DNA of 64,000 nt from Marsupella aquatica (lineage: Eukaryota > Plantae > Marchantiophyta): positions 23,210,015 to 23,274,014 of the forward strand of contig OZ316893.1 in assembly GCA_973895155.1 (NCBI GenBank), in the 5' to 3' direction. The notes below the pieces were generated by a model. It did no database searches, was not told the DNA's origin, and saw nothing but the letters and a program-made list of their open reading frames with translations. Below, piece by piece: positions 1 to 15,600 of this stretch; the first letter of the stretch is position 1; the number at the start of each line of letters is the position of its first letter. The position numbers were made by a program, and so were the translations under genes.

Positions 1-890
1 GCTCATTAAGAGGGGTCCAAGTAATTAACAAAACTTTCATAGGGGCCATCACATAAATTGTTTTTGCCAATTGTTCATCACGCATATACCTTGCATTAGT
101 TTGGGGCTTTAGTCTTAAACCACCACTGTCCATATAAAAGGAGAAGTGTCCAATACTTCTCACTTTTTCACATTTCTCTCTTCTAGGGTGAGACTTTGCT
201 CAACACTTTCAGGAAAATGGTACTAAAAATGGTGAAACTTGATGCATCCAGGTTTTGTCATGGACAGTGGCACTTTAAGTACTAGGACAAGCTTTTGCGA
301 ATCCCTTTTGTCCAGAGGAAAACCGTGTGACCCTGACCCGGAGGCAAATCTGAGGGGTTAGAGAGCCCCTACTACAGTAAGTAAGTACCGTTTTTTGAAG
401 TTGTTTTCTTCTCGTGCAGTCATGCCCGTCTCCAGTCGGTCCGGTCCGGTCCGGTCCCACCACTGCCCTCTCCCGTCATGTTTATAGTCCCCGTTCCGCC
501 ATTACTCCTCTCCACCCTCCTCCATCGATCTCCCATCTCCCCTCTCTCCTCATCGCTCTCCTCATTACACGGCGACAGCCCCCGCCTGCCCGCCCCTGCA
601 TGCCTCTGGGGATTTGATTTTCCCTCTTCGGCTCCTACTCGCCTCGTCCCCTCCGTCTTCTGCCCTTCTGCCCTGCTGCCCTGCTGCCCCAGCCCGCCTC
701 GTCTGCCCCACTCTCGCTCCCTTTATTATATTTATTTATTCCGGTACGTCACTCTCGCTGCCCGTCCGCATCATTCCGTCCCGTCGCTGCAGCAGAGGAT
801 TTGTTCTTTTTCTTATTCTTATTCTTGTTTTTTTCTGATTTCTATTTTGTGCTGCCGCAGCAGCGGATTTTTTTCGATTTGTTTACTGCG

Positions 891-898
891 TATATAAA
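891..898 (+). promoter_or_regulatory. Candidate TATA box of the ACL5 gene
   Basis: TATATAAA lies after a pyrimidine-rich tract and about 30-60 bp before an SSR-rich leader in which I saw no ATG. A plausible 5'UTR intron runs 1446-1761 (cg|GTACGT ... TTTCAG|). The transcription start is not verified. Confidence 0.4.
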
Positions 899-960
899 CT
901 TACTCGAGAGCTAGTCAGTCAATCACCCCACTCTATCTATCTATCATCATCATCAGCGGG

Positions 961-1286
961 GCAGTGCAGTGCAGTGCAGAGCAGAGCAGAGCAGAGCAGT
1001 GTAGTGCAGTGTTGTTGTTGTTGTTCCTTTGCGATTCATTGCTCTGCAGCGCTTTTACTCTCTGATCAGACGCACGAGGACGAGAAGCCAAGCAAAGCAG
1101 AGCAGAGCAAAGCAAAGCAAAGGGAGCAGAGCAGAGAGCAAACAAGCTTTGCTCATCTGGTTGGCTGAGCTGTGGGTCATTCTGCCGCCTTCGTCACTTC
1201 ATTTCCATTCGTTGCGTTTCGGGTCGGTTCGGTTCGGTTCGGTTCGTTTCAGTTGGGGTGGGTTCGATTCGATTCGATTCGATTCC
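961..1286. repeat. Microsatellite cluster in the probable ACL5 5'UTR: (GCAGT)n/(GCAGA)n, (TTG)n, (AGCAA)n, (GTTCG)n, (TTCGA)n
   Basis: Pentamer and trimer runs are directly visible at ~961-1024, ~1090-1140, ~1223-1246 and ~1263-1285. Confidence 0.85.
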
Positions 1287-1852
1287 AGGCTTTTCCATCG
1301 ATTCCAGGCTTTGCAACGCTTCGCTGGAGTGCGAGGGGTTCTGCGTGGACGACTACGGTAGCTTCGTGGGCACTGAGGGGCGGCGAGTCGGGGATCCATT
1401 GTGCCTGCGTTGCTTTGAAAAATCAGTCGTTCATTCCTTGCTTCGGTACGTGAGTAGCTCGCTCGACATTGTTGCGCTTCGGCTCTCGCTTTCATTTAGG
1501 CCCGATGTTGTCAATGGCATGTCGTCGTGGTGTGAGGCAGTCGCATAGTGTTGGGTCGTGTTGCAGGTAGTGTATTGTTTTGTTTCCGTGCGCTTCGTCC
1601 TACGCTAGCAAGCAATTTATTGTGAGGAGGTCTGGGCCGAATCGTGTGAACTGTGACTGAGAGGACCAGAGCCTTCAGTTTGGATGGATTCTTGTTAGAA
1701 TTCTGTTTCTTTCAGCTCAGCTCTCTCATTTCTCTGCGAATTTTTTTCTTTGGGCTTTCAGGCGTCGTTGGGATTCCGTCATTAAGCTGGGGAAGGAGAC
1801 TTTACAGTCTGTGGAGGAGGCCCCGCCGCAGCAGCAGCAGCAGAGGGTGAAC

Positions 1853-6112
<4,260 letters not shown>

Positions 6113-6589
6113 GTAGAAGAGGGTCTGACAGAGAGACAGCAGCATTTTGTACAATGAATGAGGTTTTCAAGGGTGCACCGAAATCTTCTCGAGGGGGCAT
6201 ATGCGCGGGGAGTTCATCGTGGTCCTAATCATCATCCTCCTCCTCCTCCTCGTGCTGGTGCTGCTAGACTTACTCTGCTGCGAGAAGTGCGTGCGCCATT
6301 TTTTAGAGAGAGAGATCGATCGATTGTATAGACAGAAGAAAGCTATTTAATTTTTGACCCGCTCGGATGAGATTTTTGGCCCTGCCTTGACCCGCACGCC
6401 TTAATGTATCACAGAATCAAGCTTTCGCTGCATCTCCGTTACAGACCACGAAAATCAAGTTTTCTCCTCATCTCTCCTTCTGTGAACAAACCAACCATGC
6501 GTCTCAAGTACTTGCTTTCAATTGCCCTGTCAGCTATCTGTGAACCTTAGTCTTTTCATCATCTGTCATCCTTTTTGAGACGAGGGCAA

Positions 6590-6682
6590 TGCAAGCAACC
6601 ATCCAGGTCCAGACCTGTCACAGTTCAATGCCAGCAATTCAAGCGATGCAGCAATCATCCAGGTCCGTGCCTGTCACAGTTC
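6590..6682. repeat. Short imperfect direct repeat (gcaa.catccaggtcc...cctgtcacagttc x2)
   Basis: Two ~33-bp copies about 55 bp apart are visible. Confidence 0.6.
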
Positions 6683-7261
6683 TGGCTGGCTGTCATGGCT
6701 GCAAAGGCTCTGCTGCTCTGTGGGCCTTTTGGCTCTCTTGACCCTTCCTGTCTAGTGAGTGGAGTGGGCATAGACAAGTACATGCATTTTGTGAGAGATT
6801 GGTTCCATAAGTATCCGGCAGGCAAAGTCTTCAGCGATTTTGTTCAATGTCCGGTTGTAAGTAACAAAAAATTAGGCATATACGGTAACGGCAGCAAAGC
6901 AGAAGCGTAACGGGGCAGCTTGTGCTTTTCCATCATCGACTTGCGTCCCATTTTGATAATAAAGATTCGCAAATTCCAGCCACTGGTGAGACATTGAGGT
7001 TGTCACCATGCATTGACGTCCTCAAAGCACCCATTAACGGTCGAGTGTTATACACTTCCCAGTCATGCTCTTGACTTATCGCTGCTGGAACCTCTAGAGA
7101 ATCTCAGGAGTATTTCACTACATGGATCTGGGGTCGTATGTATTTGGAGAATTCAGTACCTTGCTTGTCTCTCAAATCTCGGTCTGTGATTGATGCTGCT
7201 GCCTTCGAAAGTCAGTTGACTAGACGAGGTTGTGCCTCCCTTTCAGAGCTCCACGTGGTGA

Positions 7262-7562
7262 AAACTCGCTTTTGAAGGGGGAGACAATGCCGACATTGAT
7301 CCTCCATGCCGTTGCCATCATGATTGTGGTAGTTCACTTTTCAAGTGGGAGACATTGATCTTTATATGCTGCTGCCATCATTATTGTGGCAGCTCACTTT
7401 TGAAGGGAGAGACAATGATCTTCCATCCTGCTGCCATGATTATTGTGGCAGCTCACTTTTGAAGGGGGGGTTGACATTGATCTGCCCTGCTGCTGCCATG
7501 ATTATTGTGGAAACTTCCTTTTTCAAAGGGGGATACATTGATCTGCCATGCTATGATTATTC
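7262..7562. repeat. Minisatellite, ~59-bp unit x5, intergenic
   Basis: Unit is approximately ttttgaagggggagacattgatct...gctgccatgattattgtggcagctcac. The better-preserved units contain a small inverted repeat (gctgcca...tggcagc). Confidence 0.85.
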
Positions 7563-7984
7563 TGCTGTTCGCAATGATTGCACCCAGATTCTAAAGTAAG
7601 AAACTGCCTTTCAGCCGCCTCTCTCCTAAAAGCATCGAAACCATCTTTGAACACGGCACTGGATTTATGTCCGTCGCTAAGATTGGATGCTACTTTACAC
7701 ATTTCAACCAACCAGGTAATTCCACATGGCCAAGCCTGTAGAGCAAAGCTTCACCAGTTTCACTGAAATATCTGAATAGATAAAGAATGCACTAGGTAAC
7801 CCAACCCCATGGTTCACATAATTTATGGGGAAGGCCAAGGAGCCCAAGACGCGTGAGAATATCACTTTTCCCAACAATGAACTAATATAGATGAGTTAGT
7901 GCTCTCTACCTCTTGGGCAATTGCAATCAACTGGCCTGAGTGCCCAAGCTCTGCTTATGAATAAATGGTGAGTGTTGCAGGGTG

Positions 7985-8505
7985 GAACCACAACTGTCCC
8001 GGTCTAGAGGTTTCACACTAGATGTAGGCCCAAATCCATGCTATTAATCCCATTTTAATAGAAAACTAGCATCCAGCTCCCCCCCAACTGTACTAGCTCC
8101 CAGAGTCACCCTCTAGAGACTTTCCTTTAGATGTAGGCCCTTATCCTAGCTTTAGATTGCATTTTATTTGATAGTGGCATCCATTTGCACCCACAACCCT
8201 ACTTGCGCCCTGAGTCATGGCCTAGAGGTTTCACTCTAAATGTAGGCCTTATCCTAACTTTTATTAGATAGTGGCATCCAATTGCCACCCACAACCGTAC
8301 TTGCGCGCCCCAGAGTCATGGCATGGAGGTTTCACTCTAGATGTAGGCCTTATCCTAGCTTTGGATTGCATTTTGTTAGATTAACTAACACCCAATTCCA
8401 CCCGCAGTACTTGTGCCCCAGAGTCACGGTCTAGAGGCTTCATTCTAGATGCAGACCTTTATACTAGCTTTTGATCACACTTTATTAGATAAATTAGCAT
8501 CCTTG
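7985..8505. repeat. Tandem repeat, ~105-115-bp unit x5, intergenic
   Basis: The core ctagaggtttcactctagatgtaggccttatcctagctt...tagatagtggcatcca recurs at about 8003, 8112, 8222, 8325 and 8431. Confidence 0.85.
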
Positions 8506-9621
8506 AATTCTAGAGTGTGTGAAGGCAAGAGGCAAGGCAGCCAAAAATGACCAAACCACTATTTTTTCCTTTCCTTTTCTTTTCCCCGCCCCATCCTGGC
8601 TGGCACATAGTCAAGCCTGTTCAGAAATGGGAAGCATTTTTCAGAAAGGCTTTTGGCAAAACTGACAGAAAACCATTTTAGCACATCTGATGGCCTACAT
8701 TGGTTTCCAACCTTTTTTAATTAGTATATGCCAAAATCACATTTACAAAAATTAGACTTGAAGAATCCTTTTTTATTAATTAGGAAATCTCACTGTCCAC
8801 ACTTTATTTAAAAGGGCCAACAAAGTACAATAGAGGAAAGGAAAATAGGTCCACTGACAGAGGACAACATAAAACACAAAAGAAGAGGGAAAATGCAAAC
8901 TCCAAGCTAAGCAAATGGAGGGTGGAAAATAGACCACTAAAATGAGTGTGAATAGCCAATGGTACACATCTATTCAATAATTTGACTAAATGGTTTATGT
9001 TATTAAATTTTGTTTCTAGGGTTTGAATTGGTCTAAGTTGTTCATACCACTATTTTCTTAGGTTTCCATTGGTCCTCCCTAGACATTTTTGTCCTGCTCG
9101 TTTGTTGTGCTTTTCTGGCACTTGTTCAGTAAATTTGTTCTTCCACTCATTTCTTTACAATCCAAACCAAATCACATACAAAGAGAAATGTAAATATGCA
9201 CATTTCATACACTGCAATATGACTGTTTTTCACCTTTGTGTAAAGACAGTCCAGATTGTCACTTCTTCCAAATTGATCAATTGCAGTTACAACACACAGA
9301 ATGAAGGAAGAAGAACGTTTCAGCCCATTGAATCAAGAGCCAAGAATGTCAAAGAAATTGAATCATAAAAACATTGTTTGCTGAAAGGAGAGAAAGGAGA
9401 GCCACCCGCAAAAGACAAAGCTTATGGTTGATTATTGCCTCACATTGGTTTTTTGAACAAAGTGATCAAGTATGGCTTTGAAGCACGCCCTCTGTGAAGG
9501 AGTTGAGCATTTGCAAGCTTCAGGATCTTTAATCCACCATTGGTGCCGAATCCAGTGTTCTAGGTGTGAGCTTTTTTTGAGCTTTCAATGTTGCATCCTA
9601 TTGGGTTGGTGAGGAGGAGGG

Positions 9622-12600
9622 ATGGCAGACAACAGTGGTGTGCAATCTGCCGCTGGTGGTGGACAATCTCCTCCTGCTGGCACACCAGCAAGTGATGATG
9701 GACAATATCCTTCTCCCACAACAACAGGACCGTTTACTGGTGACCAATTCTTGCTAAAACGTCAAAAGAAGTAGTCAATTGATTAATTCTGCATTTTGTT
9801 GAAAAGCAAAACATGAAAGTCCATCAACCCTAAAAGTTAATGACATTTCACCAAATTCTTAGCTGAAGTACTAAAAGAAGATGTCAATTCGGTATTGAAT
9901 TCTGCATTAGGCTGAGCAGCAAGACACGGAAACTCCCTCAACCCTAAAAGCTAAAAATATCCCAACAGACCTGAAACTTCAGCCCAAGCCACATTAAAAG
10001 AACAAAAGATCTCACTTGCATTTAAAGTCACTTGACCACCTTAACTAGAAAGAGCTAACAATATATTTCCAACAAGGATAGTACACAATTTCCCGCCCTC
10101 AAAGGTGTTCTGTCTACCACTGCAGACCTTGGACAACCTTCGACAGCACAGGAAGCTGTTCCACAAGAGATTCTTGATGAAATTGCAGCAGGAGTAATTG
10201 CCCCCAAATCAATTCCTCAGGAATGGATTGGAGATGTACGGGCAGAGTGGCTCAGGGAGAAAGTGTGTGTTGGACTTGACATTACTCGGGATGTGTTTGA
10301 TACTGTGTTCAATGAGGATTTGGGAGTCCAGAGCCTGACATTGTTTCTAGATAAATTCCAACCCTCCATATATTTCTATCTGGACGCACGGTCCGAACCT
10401 TTGGTTACCAAAATTCCCATCTTTGTTAAATTTACCCAGGAGGAAAAAGCTCAGCGGAAGCAGGCCAGAAAGGAAGCATGGGCTGCTGCTCGAGCAAAGT
10501 TTGAGGAGGATTTAACAGCCAAAGCAGCTGAGGATGAAGCTAATGGGATACCTCCACCTCTGGAGCCACCGGTGTTTGTCCCAGACCCAGAGCCTCCAGC
10601 TGATTCTGAACAAGAAAGAGGGGTTTGGGAGGTGAAGGATGTTCATAGCATCAGATACTTCCAAGTCTTGTGTGCCTCTGTTGGGCCCCTGCCTGATGAC
10701 GCTCTCAATAGGTCCCTTATGTATATTATCAACATCTCCAAAGACTCAGATCAGTTGAATTATGAGAAGATGCACTGCAAATTGGAGTTTGGAGTGTTGC
10801 CTTGTGGTCCATCTCTGGGTGCCTTGGAGCAGGTATCATCTTTCAACCTCCCGCTATGTGCTCATTACTAGTATTTTGTTGTGAGCATGATGCCAGAACT
10901 GTTACCAGTGTAGATGAGCTCCACACTAGGCAAATGGTCAAGTTAGAGTTCATATCCCATTGTGCACCACAGGGTTTAGTGTCTCAAGGGGGCAATGACT
11001 ATTTATCTCACTTCTTGTGTATTCTATAGAGTGAACGCACCTTATATCCCTACCCTTGCAAAGGTAAATAATCTGGTGCACACATAATGAAGTACACGAC
11101 TTGAGGAACTCGAATGGAAGCAAGGTAATGCACTTTATATTGGTATCCCTTTCGGAAATAAATGATCTGCTGCACAAGGAACGGATTTATTCAAGATGAA
11201 GGAAGTGGGTCAGAGGTGATAGTTACCCAAAAGGGGGCTGCCATATGAGGCTTGACCTTAAAAACATTCATGTACTGTTCAACATTGCAATTTGTCAGTT
11301 GTCTGATCTTGGTGTAGGATTTCCAGATAGAAAAATGGTAAATTTTGTCACACAATTCTTCACAATTCGCTTGTTGATGAGTAAAGCTTAGGCCCAGGTA
11401 TCCTAAAGTTGTCAGGGGACTTGCGTTAACATATTGGCAAGTGCATCTCTTGATCCACCTAACAGAAAGAACTCCCGGGTGGTTCGCAGTTGCTGTTTCA
11501 TTTGTTCATGCCAATTCTTGCCCACGAGGGTGTAAACACTGGGTCCAAGTTCTGGTGTACAGAAGAGACTCACATGATGGAACAAGTTGGCAATGAGCTA
11601 CTCAGCAACATGCAAAGGTTTCTGTCACAGGTCGGTAACATTGGTGAAAATCCCATCCAAACTGCACAACCATTTTTTGGACTTGATTGGACAATATATC
11701 CTAGGACTCAAGGCACCATTTTTTGGACTTGATTCAAACCTAGGACTCAAGGCACCATTGGCAATGTGCACATGCATGGCAATGCCAAACCACATTCTCT
11801 ATCAAAGTTTTGGAACTGAGATTCCACAGCTAGTTATCGTATACCACTTGTTTGTGAGCAGGTAACAATTGCCCAACAGCACCTCCTTGAAGATACTCAA
11901 CTGGTTATCCCAAGTCTCTCTGCAGATTGTCTGGACAAAGCAGATATTGACTACGAGCTCATACTTCAGGTTGAAGGACTTTCAAATTTCAAATAAGTTG
12001 CGGTTGACTTCATTGGGAGCACGGATAATTGATTAAACATAACAATGTTCTCCTATGCTCTTCAATGTGTTTAATATCAAAATCTTGGGATTATTTAATT
12101 AATAGTTTGGCTTCATAAAAGATGAATTGTTCTTACAAAGGTTCTTTTGGTGGAAATCAATGCAGTTGGAAAGTCTCCTTGCCGACTGGATCCCTGTTGT
12201 GATACATGCGATTGAGACTGAAGGTGTTAAAGTAGGATACAATTTTCTTCCTCCATTGAAAATCTTGGTCCCAGCAACACAGAGAACTGTAGGTGATTTT
12301 TGAGAATTGGGAACCCTCGTTGGGCATATAAATTTAAATATATACCCCTTCTGGCACATAAGTCATGGATTCTATCAGCTAGGACTGTTACCCGCTAGGA
12401 TGGTGAATAGCACAAACTATGTTTCCAAGATGAATTGAATGTGTTCATATTCCAGGTTCCTCCTGGAAGAAGCCCGTTGGCTGAAACACAATTTTGGCGT
12501 GATCGAACCAATGCTTTGAGCAGCCTCTATGAGCAACTGAATTCACACAAGGCTAAGAGGATGCTTGCACTCTTAGAAGTGGGAAGTAGCAATGCAAATC

Positions 12601-15600
12601 TCCTTGCCAGCTACAGAAGTCAGGTCATATGCTCCCTCTGCTCCCTCTAAATCCTGTAAAATTATTATGATAGTGAGAATGCTGTAGCTTTAATAGAGCA
12701 TATTGTTTTCTAACAACTTCAGGGGCCCGTGCAAATAGCATGGGCCTTCAAGGATTTTATTAATTCTTGTTTTAAAGCTTCTTAGCTATGCCCCGCCCAA
12801 AAGCCTATAGGGGTGTGAGCAATGGGTGGTCTTACATACTTTTGTGAAAAACCAAGAACACGGGTGCAGTTTTGAACCATTTTTCTCGGAAAAATAAATA
12901 GTTCCTCAAGTGCCCAAAACCAACTTGCAATGTATTTACATATCAACCTTTTCAGAGGGGTCATTGTTCCCAACTGCAAATGTGGGAATGCAGTTTACAG
13001 AACTTTCCAAGTTGTTTCTTGAGGCGAAAGACAACGTCAAGTTTCTGACCACTCTGGAGAGACATTTCAAGGTTTGTACGATTGAGTGGAAATATGATTC
13101 ATTCGCCCCTTCTTTACATACAAAAAATGGCCCAAATTCTGAGCAGAAAGTTGAAGGAATTCTTTGGCGCTTCGAGAAACTAGAGGAAGTCAGAAGTTTT
13201 TACTCTAATCTGGGCTACCCTTTCAAAACGACCGAAAGGTTTGAACTACATTGACATTCCTGTGCTTGAATATATACTCCAGGATTCAAGCATTCCTGTG
13301 CTTGAATCCTGGAGTATATAGATCAATTTTTTTTCCCACTCACATTATAGTATGTAACCATATGTACCTGGGAGAGAGAATGCAACAGGATCGACTGGAA
13401 TAGATGTGTTATTGTCATTGGTGTTTGATTGATTGATAAAGGTGAACTGTCTGCATAGACAATCTGTACTGGAGCAATGCCAAGAGTTTTGGAGACAATA
13501 AGTCCGATGATGAATGCGTTACGCATGGTTTGGATCATCTCAAGCCATTACTCTGACGACACTCGAATGGGAGCGCTGTTTGAGAGAATAGCTCACCAGG
13601 TACTGTCTAACATCGCCCACTAGCTAGCTCGGAGAATTTGAATGTCGACAAGACTGTGCTGCCTTGCAATGTTTTTTCATAGCTTTTTTGCCTTTTTTGT
13701 AACTTCGGTACAACTGTCCTCATTCTGTTCTGTTGATGTCACTGAAATCTTATCTTCTGGGCAGATTGCGGAGAGGGTTTCGGAAGAGACAGATTTCAGA
13801 ACAATTTTTAAAGTAGAACCGTCCGAAGCAGCTTCGAAGATAGCAACCGGTAAACAAGTATTGGATGCTTGGAGTGAAGTCTACCTTCAAGTTCGAGAGC
13901 GAATTGAAAGCAGCGGTCGGGATCCAAGGTACTTCTGTCTTTGGGTACTCTTTCACCTGCTGGAAGTATCAGCTGTCAAACAATGTCATAAGTGGTGAAT
14001 ATTTGCCTCACCTCTGCCACAAAGTTTTCGCACTCTAGAGTGTTCCATACGCTCATGGTCCACGAAAGGAATAGAATGACGATGATGAATTTTGAGTATC
14101 ATTTGATTCCGGAATAATTATGTAATCATTAGTTAGACACACTAGACACCTCTGAAATGAGCGCAGGTGGGAGTTTGATCGCAAGAAATTATTTGAGCGT
14201 ACAAACTACATGTCAACTGTGTGCGTCGATTTGCTGCGGATTGTGGAGGTTGTGAATGACTTTCTCTATTTTCTGGGGCCGGAATTGAAAGCTGTCACAG
14301 GTGATACGGTTGGAATTGATGCCGTGATCCATGTACGTATGCGTGCCTTTCTTGTACAATTCCCCCCTAGAACTTCAAATGTACTCAATTAAAAAATGAT
14401 TGTTTGTATTGAGAGGCGAAGAGTGTGCTTTCCTCATGAAATCATGTCCGCCTCGTTTTCCAAGGCAGAAAGTTCAAGGAATGGTGGAACCAGTCGAGAA
14501 TCTTGCTTTTGACGCTTTTGATAAAGCCCATGCTTCACTCTGGTCAGCAACAGTGTTAGCCTTCGACAAGGACAAGGAAAGGGTTGAGCAGTTGACTAAG
14601 GCATTTATTGATAGCTCTTTTAAAAAGCTGCGTAGTGCTGAGGGTATTCTTCGTTTTCCTCTACAAGACATTCTCTGTAGCATTGTTAATTGTAGACTGT
14701 TGTGTTTTCAATCTGAGTCATGTACAGTCGTTTAAGCTGTGCTGGAGAGTCTAATGGTCAGTCGTTGAAAAATGAGTCACTCCGGTATGAACAATTGACG
14801 AAGAGGGGCCATATTGTGGAAGGGAGAAAAATCTTTGTAATAGGTTCGTAGGTTACTTGAGAAGCATTTCGTTAAGTTGCATGGCAATTCTCAACTTAGT
14901 GGTTGTACTCATGTGGTTCTCGTGACTGAAATCTGGAAAGTCTGAACGTGAGTGCTTCGAAGGTGCCCTTGAACTCCTGCAAAGCTTCAAGACAATTAAG
15001 AGTGAGGGTGCCATAAACAAGCAGATGTCAGACAAATTCAACGACATTTTAACTCAGGTGACAGTTTTCTCGTTTATGGCCATTGGATACCCATCCAGCT
15101 GAACATCTGTCGATGTCTGGCTGCAAAATCATGGAGTCGATTTTAGGAACTTGGGAATAATACCGTCGTCGTTTATTTTTATTTCTAATCTAAACTTTCC
15201 TTCAGTTTGTCATTCGACCTTCGTAGGTGAGATCAGTGTAGATGTTATTTCTCCATAAATTTTAAGCAAACGAGCGGTGATTTATTAATTCTGACTCAAT
15301 ATGTCAAAACTAAGATGAATTTACTTGATGAATGTTCTCATGTCCAACGGAATAACAAAGCAATTCCTGGCCCCTGCCTGCATTGCGAAGATCTTCTCGT
15401 CGTCATTGTGACCAATACAATCAATGTACCGAACATTGTCCTTTGAACTAGATGTGCTTAGCATTCACAATTTGGTTGGTTGTAGTTTTGGCTCAAGTAA
15501 ATGCTTTCTCAATGTCTTTGTAGAGGGCTATAAGACTGTGGGCAGGAGCCTTCTTTTAATTTCAAACTGAATCCTCTGAGTTGACTGGTTCTCAATCGGA

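Noticed and set aside
275-1850. Many overlapping 60-140-aa ORFs upstream of ACL5, considered as possible thermospermine-responsive uORFs
   Set aside because: They translate microsatellite or pyrimidine-rich DNA, most start at non-ATG codons, and none resembles a conserved uORF peptide I recognise.
7262-7562. Regularly spaced, partly palindromic repeats resembling a CRISPR array
   Set aside because: The units are contiguous and degenerate with no unique spacers, there are no cas genes, and the context is eukaryotic. It is a minisatellite.
9765-9955. aaccctaaa motifs resembling telomere repeats or teloboxes in dynein intron 1
   Set aside because: There are only two isolated copies, explained by a local ~115-bp duplication; this is not a telomeric tract.
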